A DNA stretch of 63,950 nucleotides, counting the filler, from Octopus bimaculoides (lineage: Eukaryota), in assembly GCF_001194135.2 (NCBI RefSeq). It is 7 parts of 5 records of this genome, joined end to end, with 100 filler letters (N's around TTAATTAATTAA, not from the genome) between each part and the next. Parts side by side here need not be neighbours in the genome. Positions count along the whole stretch, not along the records: positions 1 to 8,166 come from NC_068983.1; positions 8,267 to 15,461 come from NC_069001.1; 5 more parts are not named here. The stretch is one strand, 5' to 3'. Each line of letters opens with the position of its first letter. Positions within the stretch are counted from its first letter, which is position 1. The translations under genes and the position numbers were made by a program. Shown here in pieces: positions 1-12,590 of this stretch. A model generated the notes under the pieces. That model did not search any database, was not told the origin of the DNA, and was given only the letters and a program-made list of their open reading frames with translations.

Positions 1-1121
1 ATGTATATATATAGAGTGAGAGAGTGAGAGAGAGAAAGAGAGAGGGAGAGAGAGGGAGAGGGAGAATTCAAGGTAAATTTCAGAACATTATAGTAGTAGT
101 CGAGAAACAGTTATCTGACATGGAGTGCTGGAAGCTATCTGAATATTGGAAATGAGTTATCTATTATGATGATTCACACCGGGTATCAAAATGCCGACAT
201 CATGATTCTTGCTCAACGTTCTGACAGCATTCTAAAGTCTGTAAGACGTGACACTGACAGCTGCATCGGCGACTACGAAGGGACACAGCAAGTGTTCTGA
301 CTGTATCCGCAAGCTGGAATTCATCCCAACATCATTGAGCACAGCCTTAGATTCAATTCCTTAAGAGTTTTAAGTGATTCAGTATCATTCACTAATCACA
401 CTACAGCCATGTTCCAGAAAATCAAGAAGAATGACACCTTTGTCATTCCCCCAAAGTGTCACAATCACTTTCTGAGTTGATCACTGCCTCTTAAATTTCT
501 TAGGCTTTGGAGAAGAGGTGTGACGCCTTTCTATCGACTGAACATTCGTTTTTCAGATCAGAAAAACGCAGCCACGTTTCATCTCCTTTCAGCAGATCGG
601 GGGTGGGGGAAGACGTGTTTTCATTAGCTCTAAACGCTTCCAAACATATAAATATACTTTCACACTTCTCTGCTTCAAATGTCAACTGCCGAGGTAGCCA
701 CTTTGCGCACACTTTCTAATACCCAAAATCTTCCACCGTCTTCTGTAAGGCATTGTGATCACAGTATAGTGGTTAAACAAGTTTTATGATTTGTCTGACC
801 GCGCATATCAATTCGTCTATTCTCAGGCGTTAAAACTTCTACAGCCATATGTGTACATTCCTCTTGTCAATGATATCGTCTCCGAAAACAACCTGTAAAT
901 CTCTGTAGAGATCAAACAGCCCCACAGCTCCTTCGTAAGAAGGATAATGACAGCACGTTGCTTCTGTCTGGAATCTACTATTTGTCAGCAACAAAGAACA
1001 AGAAAGTTACTGTAGAGAAAAAATTACTCTATCAGTCTGTGCAATCTGAACAACTTGTGTCTCTTAAAAATGTTATGCTTATCTTTGCAATACTTTCGGT
1101 ACAGCCCTTGCGTGCGCACGC

Positions 1122-1153
<32 letters not shown>

Positions 1154-1881
1154 NNNNNNNNNNNNNNNNNNNNNNNNNNNNNNNNNNNNNNNNNNNNNNN
1201 NNNNNNNNNNNNNNNNNNNNNNNNNNNNNNNNNNNNNNNNNNNNNNNNNNNNNNNNNNNNNNNNNNNNNNNNNNNNNNNNNNNNNNNNNNNNNNNNNNNN
1301 NNNNNNNNNNNNNNNNNNNNNNNNNNNNNNNNNNNNNNNNNNNNNNNNNNNNNNNNNNNNNNNNNNNNNNNNNNNNNNNNNNNNNNNNNNNNNNNNNNNN
1401 NNNNNNNNNNNNNNNNNNNNNNNNNNNNNNNNNNNNNNNNNNNNNNNNNNNNNNNNNNNNNNNNNNNNNNNNNNNNNNNNNNNNNNNNNNNNNNNNNNNN
1501 NNNNNNNNNNNNNNNNNNNNNNNNNNNNNNNNNNNNNNNNNNNNNNNNNNNNNNNNNNNNNNNNNNNNNNNNNNNNNNNNNNNNNNNNNNNNNNNNNNNN
1601 NNNNNNNNNNNNNNNNNNNNNNNNNNNNNNNNNNNNNNNNNNNNNNNNNNNNNNNNNNNNNNNNNNNNNNNNNNNNNNNNNNNNNNNNNNNNNNNNNNNN
1701 NNNNNNNNNNNNNNNNNNNNNNNNNNNNNNNNNNNNNNNNNNNNNNNNNNNNNNNNNNNNNNNNNNNNNNNNNNNNNNNNNNNNNNNNNNNNNNNNNNNN
1801 NNNNNNNNNNNNNNNNNNNNNNNNNNNNNNNNNNNNNNNNNNNNNNNNNNNNNNNNNNNNNNNNNNNNNNNNNNNNNNNNN

Positions 1882-1923
<42 letters not shown>

Positions 1924-2002
1924 TGTGTGTGTGTGTGTGTGTGCGGTCGGTATTGGTTATACCTATCTGCTAGACGTGGCAGTCGTTCGTCTTAGTTTGC
2001 AA

Positions 2003-2088
2003 TACAATAATCCCTCGACTATCGCGTGGTGTTACGTTCCAAAACTACCCGCGATAGGTGAATCGCGATGTGGCGAGGGATTACTGTA
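2003..2088. mobile_element. Tiny pogo/Tigger-type (Tc1/mariner superfamily) MITE, 82 bp plus TA target duplication
   Basis: TA|CAATAATCCCTCG...CGAGGGATTACTG|TA: 13-bp terminal inverted repeats (12/13 match), subterminal ATCGCG/CGCGAT. Confidence 0.7.
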
Positions 2089-3041
2089 TCTAAATAAACA
2101 AGAGATGCACAGCCGCTTATCTTACAAGCAAGCAAAATAGCTAGTTCTAAAATCTGTATACGAGAAACAAGTAGTAACTCTACTGAAAAGTAACGGTTGT
2201 TACCACCTCAATGTGGTTGTTCCATACAGAACACTGTTATTACTCTTTTTAACCCCAGGAGGAAATCTTCTCCAGATGGTTAACAACACACTATCTATGT
2301 ATGTTATATCGCAAACAAGGGAGCGAACAACTCCCATCTTGATTAATAGACATTTTATCAAGTCAATAATAGTTGACTATGAAGTAACAGCTGATTTACA
2401 AATACGGTTGTTAATTGTAATTATTTTGCTGGTTATCTAATGAAACTACAAATTTTGAAAAGCCTGATGTATCATAGTTTTGATAGAACATTTACTTTTT
2501 CGTGTCTTCTCCTAACGCGTCGAGCAGTTCGTTGTTTTTCTATTAGGAACAATAAGTCTTACTGCATTTCAAGAATACATATAGTAAATTTGCTTGTTGC
2601 ATGCATACTTTCGACCGACGTTTTGTATTTGATAGTTAGAGAGAAGACCCAGCTCTCATTACTTTTTTTCTCATTGACAGCTAAGATCGATGTTATTGAT
2701 GTTTAGGTTCTAATTTCTGTAGAAAAAGAAAACCGAAGGTAGGGAGGAAGTAACTGAGCTTTGAGCATTATAGAGGAAATATTGGGCAGAAAGGATTTAC
2801 TGCCGGGTTTAAGCAGGCAAAATATTGTTAGTGTAATGAGGAGAAGAAAGTGGAGTCTGTCAAATGAGCCAGGAAGATGTGGAATACATCTGTCTAGTTG
2901 AAAAGAATAGAAAACGTTGTAGCATCCGTAGAAAGCAGGGGGTGAATTGGTAGAGATTTTAGTACATTGAATAGAATGCCTCGTAGTATTTGTTGCAATG
3001 AAGACAAGGAGAGAATATCTATATTATTATTACTATTATTA

Positions 3042-3555
3042 TTACCTCCGCCAAGGAAGGAGGTTATGTTTCCACCGGCGTTGGTCTGTCCTTCTGTCCG
3101 CCTATACAAAATAACTCAAAAAGTTGTAAACGGTATCTGATGAAACTTGCAGAAAAAGTTGGTAATGGCATAAGGAAGAGATGAAATTTTGATAGTGATC
3201 CGGGAATTTTTATGGATTCTTGAAGGATTTTTCATTTGTTATATTTACTTTACATGAAGTATTATGTTACGTTCTTTGATTATCTCCCTAGAAAACACGT
3301 TCATCGTTTCAACGTAACCTATGGTGGCGTTGCTGTTTCTAAAGTTTATTTTCGTTTCTCTATTAGTAATTTTACTCGCGTTGTGTGTGTATCGCTCAAG
3401 TTTGAGGTAATTCTTGTTTCTTTTTAGTTGTATTGTGAAACTAGGTTATGTTTGTGCCAGCGTTGGTTTGGGAAATTGGGCGATTTTCAGCATGCGTGTA
3501 TATGGGTGGAAATGAGCTGCTGGGTGGAGGTCTGCGCTCTCCGAGTGCTTTTCTA

Positions 3556-3558
<3 letters not shown>
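3042..3558 (+). mobile_element. Non-autonomous Helentron/HINE (DINE-1-like) element
   Basis: 5' subterminal ACCTCCGCCAAG pairs with 3' CTGGGTGGAGGT (3520-3531). 3' stem-loop GCGCTC-tcc-GAGTGC (3534-3548). Ends in TTCTAGTT, inserted in a T-rich (ATT)n tract with no target duplication. Confidence 0.7.
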
Positions 3559-3597
<39 letters not shown>

Positions 3598-3611
3598 TAT
3601 TATCATCATTT

Positions 3612-3668
<57 letters not shown>

Positions 3669-4126
3669 AGATAGTGAAATGGCAGAGTCATTAGAGAGTA
3701 GATAAAAACAAACAAACAAAAAAAAGCTTAGCGGTATTTTTTTCAGTCTTGACTCTCTGATTTCTGGTACCCCGATATCAACTGTAACTCTCATCCTTTT
3801 GCGATCGGTGAAATAAAGAAGTATCAGTCAAGTACTGGAGTCAATGGCATCATCTGAGCAAAATTACTGGGTTTTTTTTTTTTTGCTTAAATCAGAAACC
3901 ATTATTGCTAACGCGGTGTGCTGGCAAAATCGTTGAGACGTCAGAAAAATGCTCTTGCAGCCTTTGTTCTGGCGGTTTACTCTCTGAGTTCAGATCACGT
4001 CGAGTTTGCCTTTTCATTCCTCCAGAGTTGAGGAAACAAAGCACCAATCAAGTATTGGGTATTCAATCGATTAATCCCTCCCATGAAAATTCTTGGTTTT
4101 GCGCCTAAATTAGAAAAAAAGAATGT

Positions 4127-4256
4127 GGGGGCACGCTAGCAGAAACTTTTGCACGCCGGAGAAAATGGGTAGCGGCGTTTCTTCTTGCTTTACGCTCTGA
4201 GTTCAAATACCGCTGAGGTTGACTTTGCCTTTTATCCTTTCGGGGTCGATAAAATA
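4127..4256 (+). mobile_element. tRNA-derived SINE family B, 5' part (split by mariner)
   Basis: GAGTTCAAAT B-box-like motif and core GTTGACTTTGCCTTTTATCCTTTCGGGGTCGATAAAA, shared with copies at 27283-28102. Continues at 5554. Confidence 0.8.
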
Positions 4257-5553
4257 CGAAGGTGGGCTGAAAAATTCATAAGATGACTATGAAGGAGTGA
4301 TACTAGAGTTGGGAAATCTTACATGGATTGATTTTAACTCTTCTTATTAATAACTGCACACTTTTTCCCAGGTAAACTGATATCTGAGTGAATTCCAAAG
4401 TAACTATTAGCAACGCCTCTTGAAAATGGACAAAATTTGTTACCATGGTGTTATCAATTACTTGCAGGAAAAGAGTTTAACCTCCAAGGACATTCATGCT
4501 GACATGCATGCTACATAAGGAGATGACGCTCCAGCTTTATCAACAATGCAAAAGTGGCAGCTGAAATTAGGAGGGGAATGGAGAATCTTGAAGATGACCT
4601 AAGGTCTGGACGTCCTTCAACTGCCATCACCAAGGAAAACATTGAGCGTGTTCACCACAAGGTGATGGGTGACAGGCGACTGACTATAAATCAAATATCC
4701 AATGCTACTGGTATATTCTGCGAGAGAGTTGAGAATATTCTGCATAATGAACTTGGCATGATGACGGTTTCTGCTCGGTGGGTGCCACGTCATCTGACAC
4801 CTGATCAAAAGTGCACTAGGCTGATCACATCATGGAAAAATCTGACATTGTTTGAAGCAGATCCAGCTGGTGTTTTTGAACGTTTCTTAAGCCAGGATGA
4901 GTGTTGGCTTCGTCGCTTTGAGCCTGAGACAAGGAGACAATCCATGCAGTGGAAACATCCCTCCTCATCTACTCCAAAGAAGGACATGGTCATCTCATCT
5001 ACAAGGAAGGTGACGATCTCAGTTTCTTGGAATGCAAAAGGCATTGTGTTCATTGGCTAGCTTCAAAGAGGCCACACTATCAATAGAGAGTACTATGCCA
5101 ACTTGCTGGAGCAGTTACGAAAGGCTGTCAGGGCCAAATTGCCCAGGAAAACTGACGAAAACAGTTGTTTCATCAGGACAATGCTTCATCTCACAAGTCT
5201 TTTGTTTCAGTGGCTACTGTGCCTCACTGTGGCTTTTAGACTGATTGATCACCCTCACTATTCTCCTGATCTGTCTCCATCTGACTGTCATCTGTTCCCC
5301 AACATGAAAAACACTTGTTTGGGAACCAGTATTGCAGTCATGATGACGTCATACTCGCTGTTGATGACGTCATATTCGCTGTTGATGACGCCTTTGACCA
5401 ACAGGATGAAAGTTTCTTCACCAATGGGATCGAAGCGCAGCAACACCAATGGAAGAAATGTGTAGAAGGCAAGGGAGACTAAAAACAAATCTCATTTGGT
5501 CACATTCCATGAGAGTATCTTGATCAGCCTATGAACTTTTCTGCCGACCGTCA
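4257..5553 (+). mobile_element. Full-length (1297 bp) decayed mariner transposon with TA target duplication
   Basis: Degenerate ~33-bp terminal inverted repeats (CGAAGGTGGGCTGAAAAATTCATAAGATGACTA versus reverse-complemented TGACGGTCGGCAGAAAAGTTCATAGGCTGATCA). TA at 4255-4256 and 5554-5555. Internal transposase. Confidence 0.95.
4426..5485 (+). pseudogene. Mariner D,D(34)D transposase pseudogene
   Basis: MDKICYHGVINYL...; EDDLRSGRPST; helix-turn-helix region; WVPRHL; FLSQDECW (first D); HQDNA (second D); HYSPDLSPSDCHLF (third D). Contains stops, frameshifts and a 21-bp internal tandem duplication at 5341-5382. Confidence 0.92.
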
Positions 5554-5645
5554 TAAGTATCAGTCGTATACTGGGGTTGACGTAATTGACCAACCCCATC
5601 CTACAAAATATCGTGCTTTGTATCTATAGAAGAAAGAATTAATAT
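5554..5645 (+). mobile_element. SINE family B, 3' part (continuation of 4127-4256)
   Basis: TAAGTATCAGTCGTATACTGGGGTTGACGTAATTGACC resumes the family consensus (TAAGTACCAGTTACGCACTGGGGTCGATG) exactly at the TA. Confidence 0.8.
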
Positions 5646-6049
5646 TAGCTGCAAACAAAGAATTACTGATTTCAAACAACTTTCTGCTTTGTGTGCTTAT
5701 AATCAAGCAAAGTAAGCAAACAAAAGCAAACGCAGTCAAGTCCAGTAAAGCAGTTAACTTCCTGGCGTCTGGATTGGTTTAGAAGGATGAGAATAGATAG
5801 CAGAAAAATGAGAAAGATAAACAAAATAACATTAGAAATATAACAAACATAACAACAAAAATTGAAAACGCTGATTAAATGAAAAAAAAAATTTTTTTTT
5901 AAATTGGAGAAATAGGGAGTATAAACTGATTGTGCTTGATCCCCCCTCTCACCCCGAATATAAAGAATTAAGTGAGAAAAAACAATGAATAAAATTTATA
6001 GAATTGAATAAAACAACTTGAACGTTCATAGTTTTACCANNNNNNNNNN

Positions 6050-6075
6050 CATTTATGCACCACGACCACCACCAC

Positions 6076-6115
<40 letters not shown>

Positions 6116-6250
6116 GTCATCATCGTCATCGTCATCGTCGTCGTCATCATCATCGTTATCATCACCGTCGTAACTGTCGTCATCAGCGTCATCGTCGTCG
6201 TCGTCGTCATGTGCATCAAGATGATGAGCATGCTCCTCCTCCTCCTCCCC
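6050..6250. repeat. (CAT)n/(CGT)n compound microsatellite
   Basis: Directly visible; the poly-His ORF here is a by-product. Confidence 0.9.
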
Positions 6251-7214
6251 CTCGCCCTCCGTCTTGTTCTCTTCCTAACTTCTGATCTTCGCTGCCATCC
6301 CCGTCATCACCAGTGAATAAAATTACTCAAAATAGTCTGAAGGCAAATGAGCATAAATAATAAAATTGTTGTAAGCGTTATTTCGCGTCACGTGATTGTG
6401 AATTAAATTTTAGAAACCAATGCGTGCTTGCGTATATATATGCATGTCTGTCTGCATACATGTATGTATGTATATATGTATGCATATATGTATTATGTAT
6501 GTATATATGTATCATGTATATCTCTGTGTGTATGTGTATGTATGTATGTATGAATGTATGTATATATGTATGTATATGTATGTATATGTATGTAGACACG
6601 TATGTATGATATATGTCTGTATGCATATATATAAACGCATACATGTGTGTGTGAGTGTGTGTGTGTGTGTGTGTGTGAGTGTGTGTGTGTGTGTGTGAGT
6701 GTGTGTGTGAGTGAGTGTGTGTGTGTATATATATATATATCTATATATATTTATATATATACACGCATTTATATGTATTTAGACAATAATTTTTGTGTGT
6801 ATATATATATGTGTATATATGTGAATGTATACATATATATACGTATATGTGTTTGTGTGCATGTACATGTGTATGTGTGTGCGCATGTGCATGTGTGGGT
6901 GTACGTGTTTAAGTGCAAGTAAGGTGCATGAGCGCGTGTAAACATTTAAGAAAGCGGCTGCAGTTATGAAAGAAGTTAGTCGAACATTCCAAAATATTTA
7001 TGAGCCAGCAATACTTTAACCTCTGACCTGTGATGACGTATGAACAAAATACATCGTAGCTCTCTAGTTCTCCTTTTTTTTTTTTGTTAAGTATATATTT
7101 TATTTCTTCGTTAAAATTTACGAGACAAAAGTTCATTCCGGTGAAAATAGGTAGACGAGTAGAAAATCTTAAAGACATTTAACTACTTGTTATTAATATT
7201 GTATACGCCGTTGA

Positions 7215-7215
7215 C

Positions 7216-7283
<68 letters not shown>

Positions 7284-7735
7284 CGATGATGATGACGATG
7301 ATGACGATGATGATGATGATGATGACGATGATGATAATGATGGCGACGATGAGTATAACAACCATTCTGCTGTTTCTGATAATGATCATGGTGAAGGCAT
7401 TAATAACCGCAACAACAATTCTGATAACAACAACAATAATGATGATGATGATGATGATGACGACGACGACGACGACGATGATGATGGGGATGATGATTAT
7501 TATGGNNNNNNNNNNNNNNNNNNNNNNNNNNNNNNNNNNNNNNNNNNNNNNNNNNNNNNNNNNNNNNNNNNNNNNNNNNNNNNNNNNNNNNNNNNNNNNN
7601 NNNNNNNNNNNNNNNNNNNNNNNNNNNNNNNNNNNNNNNNNNNNNNNNNNNNNNNNNNNNNNNNNNNNNNNNNNNNNNNNNNNNNNNNNNNNNNNNNNNN
7701 NNNNNNNNNNNNNNNNNNNNNNNNNNNNNNNNNNN

Positions 7736-7784
<49 letters not shown>

Positions 7785-7930
7785 CTGATGATGACGATGA
7801 CAATGATGATGATGATGAGTATGACAACCATTTTGTTGTTTCTGATAATGATGATGGTGAAGGCATTAATAATCACAATTGTAACATCAACAACAACAAC
7901 AATAATAATAATGATAATAATAACAATAAT
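7215..7930. repeat. (GAT)n array with a diverged tandem-duplicated ~90-bp unit across an N gap
   Basis: GAGTATAACAACCATTCTGCTGTTTCTGATAATGATCATGGTGAAGGCATTAATAA (~7350) versus GAGTATGACAACCATTTTGTTGTTTCTGATAATGATGATGGTGAAGGCATTAATAA (~7817). Confidence 0.8.
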
Positions 7931-8104
7931 TTTATCATTTATTTTGTATTTAATCTCTTTTTTTATATATATATATATTTTTCATGATAATGGAAATTTG
8001 TTATACGGAAATAATTATTAATGTTATTGGGAAAGAGAACTGTAACATTCCTGCTTAATGATATTTAGTCCTGCACGCACGCACGGACACGCACGCACGG
8101 CCAT

Positions 8105-8166
<62 letters not shown>

Positions 8167-8266
8167 NNNNNNNNNNNNNNNNNNNNNNNNNNNNNNNNNN
8201 NNNNNNNNNNTTAATTAATTAANNNNNNNNNNNNNNNNNNNNNNNNNNNNNNNNNNNNNNNNNNNN
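8167..8266. other. Synthetic assembly join (44N-TTAATTAATTAA-44N)
   Basis: Exactly 100 nt with a six-frame-stop linker at 8211-8222. Confidence 0.95.
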
Positions 8267-8307
<41 letters not shown>

Positions 8308-8349
8308 GTATATACATATATATATGTATATATATGTATATACATACAG

Positions 8350-8478
8350 ACACACATAAAAATGCATGCACACATGTAAACATGCATATGAACAAGTAGC
8401 AGCATACACCCGCAAACACACAAACTGGCACACACAGAGACACACACATTCTAGCATACATGCACACATGCACGAGCA

Positions 8479-8511
<33 letters not shown>

Positions 8512-9143
8512 TATACCCACAAACAAATAAGACGCACACACGTACGAATATACCAACAGACATAGTTGCACATATTTAAGCACAAAAACGTGCGCGAATG
8601 CACAGGCACGCGTGCACGGACATATGCGTATGTATACGTATGCACGCTCACGATCAGGTGTGCGTGTATGCGTATATGCATGTATTCTGTGTAATTTTGT
8701 GTATGTGTGTGTGTGTGCATGTCAGTGCGCTGCAGGGCTTGAGTACGTGCATGTGTGCGCACCTGTTTATGGTTGTGCGGGCGTATACACATGCAGGAAT
8801 GCTTGTTTAAGAATATTTGTATTATTGTGTATATATATGTGTATTCACCTACGTGTGTGCATGTGTACAGTTTTGTCTTTGTATGTACGTATATCTTTGT
8901 ATGTATGCGAGTACGGCGTGCATGAACACACATTCGTCCGTGTATGATTCGGATTAAATATGTCTTAAAATGCACGTGAAAACCTGAAAAGTAAATGCCT
9001 GCGCTTTCTTGCTGTGCTCGTGCATGTGTGCATGTATGCTAGAATGTGTGTGTCTCTGTGTGTGCCAGTTTGTGTGTTTGCGGGTGTATGCTGCTACTTG
9101 TTCATATGCATGTTTACATGTGTGCATGCATTTTTATGTGTGT
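8350..9143. repeat. Perfect 130-bp inverted repeat (arms 8350-8479 and 9014-9143)
   Basis: The arms are exact reverse complements by manual comparison; spacer about 534 bp. Confidence 0.9.
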
Positions 9144-9768
9144 GTGTGTGTATGTATGTATATGTACTTGTAATTGTTGTCTGTCCATATGCATGCTTGT
9201 TTGTTTGTGTGTATATGTGCTGGCGTCTGTGTATGTGTCTGTGTATGCACTTTTACGTATGTGTGTGTGTGCATGTACTTTATACGTGTGCTTATGATTG
9301 GAAATACATGCGTCGTGTCACGCACTTTCTGAACGTAATTTGCTCGTGTTAAGATATTTGAATGTGTTTATGCATCGGAATGCATGTGATCACGTTTGAC
9401 TGTGTACGTTCACGTATATTTTTGTGCATGTCTGTTTGTATGCATTTGCGTGTATGGTTGGAAATATATACGTCTGCAAACACTCGTTCCGAAAGTGTGT
9501 AGTAGTGTGTATACATATGTTTGTATAAGATTTGCGTACCTAAGTGTGCATCAATGTATTTCAGTGTGTATTCATGCGTTTGTTTGTATTTGCTTTTATA
9601 TATATGAGCATGGGCTCACTCGCGCACATATGTGCGTGTATTTTGGAAACATATGTGTCTTAATACTAGGTTTCAGATCTGTTACGTGAATAATACGTAC
9701 TTGTGTAGATGCACGTGTACACGTAATATTATATGCGTGTGATTGTTCACTGTTCATGACTACGATTA

Positions 9769-9813
<45 letters not shown>

Positions 9814-11566
9814 ATTTGTATGTGTGTGTTTATAGGTAGGTGCGTACGGTTACGTATACACGTATGTGTGTCTATGTTTAAGAGAACATGCCTCTTGACA
9901 TATACGCTCGGAACGTGGAATATGTTTGTGCCAGTATATTTGCGCATGTACATCGATTTGTATGTGACTATTCGTGTGTATGTGTATTTCCGTATGCGTA
10001 TGTAAGTGTGCGCGTCCGACAACGTGTGCGTGTCTATCTGTATATACGTGTGCATGTCTAGTTGACTGTGTTGTTCCACATCAGCTATCATACGATGAGA
10101 CAGCATTTTTGTTTTACGTATTCCGGAACGAAAGTAACACTTCGCATCGCTGTCTCGCGTGACGTTGCAAGTTTCCCGCTTTGAACAGAAGCGAAACGTG
10201 CCACGCGCGTGACCGATATCTAACAACCGACTTCAGCGTGCAGCAAGCATGTCTGCGTGTGTGCATTTCGGTGCACGCATATGTTACATCTCTGAATAAT
10301 GCATATCAGTACTTATGTCACTGTATGTAGTATACATATATATACATACCTATTAGTTTGTATACGTGTGTGTATGTATTCATATATTTATCTATGTATG
10401 CTTGTGCATATCTGTGTTTGTAAATGCATTACGTTTCGATTCAGAAATCAATATCTTGGTTAGGGTGTGAAGAAATCGAAATGAAGAAGGGAAAAAAAAT
10501 AAATAAAAAACAAACACAAAATAGGAAAAAAAATGCCATTGTCTTTCTTCATATGAAACATTCATTGAACTGAGAATGTGATGTTAGATTCGCAACAAAT
10601 CGCATTGAGAATGGCGTGTCTCTCGTGACTAGTTTCAGGAATTTTATTATTTTTTTTTTCAATGATATTTGCTTTTGAGATTAAGTATCGCTGTTTCATT
10701 AAGTGGCTTACATTGCAACCTCACGTGACACATCTCAGACACGTGTTTTCTACTATAGCCAGCACCGGGCTCGACCATTGTGGGTGCGTTTAGTATATAT
10801 ATATATAGATANNNNNNNNNNNNNNNNNNNNNNNNNNNNNNNNNNNNNNNNNNNNNNNNNNNNNNNNNNNNNNNNNNNNNNNNNNNNNNNNNNNNNNNNN
10901 NNNNNNNNNNNNNNNNNNNNNNNNNNNNNNNNNNNNNNNNNNNNNNNNNNNNNNNNNNNNNNNNNNNNNNNNNNNNNNNNNNNNNNNNNNNNNNNNNNNN
11001 NNNNNNNNNNNNNNNNNNNNNNNNNNNNNNNNNNNNNNNNNNNNNNNNNNNNNNNNNNNNNNNNNNNNNNNNNNNNNNNNNNNNNNNNNNNNNNNNNNNN
11101 NNNNNNNNNNNNNNNNNNNNNNNNNNNNNNNNNNNNNNNNNNNNNNNNNNNNNNNNNNNNNNNNNNNNNNNNNNNNNNNNNNNNNNNNNNNNNNNNNNNN
11201 NNNNNNNNNNNNNNNNNNNNNNNNNNNNNNNNNNNNNNNNNNNNNNNNNNNNNNNNNNNNNNNNNNNNNNNNNNNNNNNNNNNNNNNNNNNNNNNNNNNN
11301 NNNNNNNNNNNNNNNNNNNNNNNNNNNNNNNNNNNNNNNNNNNNNNNNNNNNNNNNNNNNNNNNNNNNNNNNNNNNNNNNNNNNNNNNNNNNNNNNNNNN
11401 NNNNNNNNNNNNNNNNNNNNNNNNNNNNNNNNNNNNNNNNNNNNNNNNNNNNNNNNNNNNNNNNNNNNNNNNNNNNNNNNNNNNNNNNNNNNNNNNNNNN
11501 NNNNNNNNNNNNNNNNNNNNNNNNNNNNNNNNNNNNNNNNNNNNNNNNNNNNNNNNNNNNNNNNNN

Positions 11567-11609
<43 letters not shown>

Positions 11610-11845
11610 TTTTTTTTTACATCTCGCTTTATGTTTTGTGTTTTCTTTGTCATCTTAAGAATGAGAAATGCCATTCTGTTGTGAAATAATTAGAAATATT
11701 GGCAAATACAGTTATCTAGTGTTACAATTGCATTTATCAGAACTAAAAACCTAAATAGACATTATGGTTGAGATTTGTGCTGAGATAATCGATAGTTATC
11801 GACTGATAGAGTTGATAGAGGATCCTAGGTGTCAAGTAGGTTGGT

Positions 11846-12140
11846 GATAGAAAGACAGTGTTTAAATACGTTGATAGATATATGTGTTGAATGTGTAGAT
11901 AAAAAGATTGTGATGAATATATAGATAGAAATAGAGGGTGTTGAATATGTAAATGTAAAGATAATGTGTTCAGTATACAGATAAGAGGACAGGGTGTTCA
12001 ATGTGTAGATATAAAGATAGGGTGTTGCAGAGGTAGATAGAAAGAAAGAGTGTGTTGATAGAAAGACAGTGTGTTGAAAATGTGGATAGAAAGATACTGT
12101 GTTGGATACATGGATAGGAAGACAGGGTGTTGAACGAATA
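11846..12140. repeat. Degenerate ~28-bp minisatellite (GATAGAAAGACAGGGTGTTGAATGTGTA-like)
   Basis: Consecutive units at 12057, 12085 and 12113, with more diverged units upstream. Confidence 0.7.
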
Positions 12141-12371
12141 GAAGCAAAGACAGATATAGCGTATAAATGATGATTTGATGGAGAGAAAATGTATGTGTAA
12201 GTTGTCTGAAGAACATGACACAGTGTGTAATGTTGGGGGCAAGGTACATCATATGTGCATATATTCACTACATATATAGACACTGTATGTATGTATATGT
12301 TCAAGCAATTGTTAGTTACGTTTTATTTACATTCACAGAATAGCTTGGAACAGTGTAAACATTTAGCTGTA

Positions 12372-12590
12372 TACCCGAGTGTGCTGACAAGTTCATGGTT
12401 TTGGTTTTAAATAATTGCAGGAGGATCAAACATTTATGATTTTATACTGCATGTTTATCTTAGATTCACACACTTATTGCAGTTGTCTTACAGTCTTCCT
12501 AAGTCCTGTAAAAGAACTCTGAATGTTGGGCCTTCACTCAGGCTTTGCGCGAAACCCTTAAAGCCAGGAACTTTTCAGCATCGACTTGTA
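12372..12590. mobile_element. Internally deleted mariner-type MITE
   Basis: TA-flanked ends sharing TGCTGA(C/A)AAGTTC(A/C)TGG(T/C)TT as an inverted repeat, similar in style to the 4257 mariner termini. Confidence 0.6.

Noticed and set aside
120-960. Possible decayed LINE endonuclease region (LPPSSVRHCDHSIVV resembling PPxGxSDH)
   Set aside because: Only one loose motif and no continuous frame; cannot be supported without a profile search.
8211-8222. TTAATTAATTAA as a homeodomain site or piggyBac target
   Set aside because: It recurs identically centred in 100-nt N blocks, so it is a synthetic linker.
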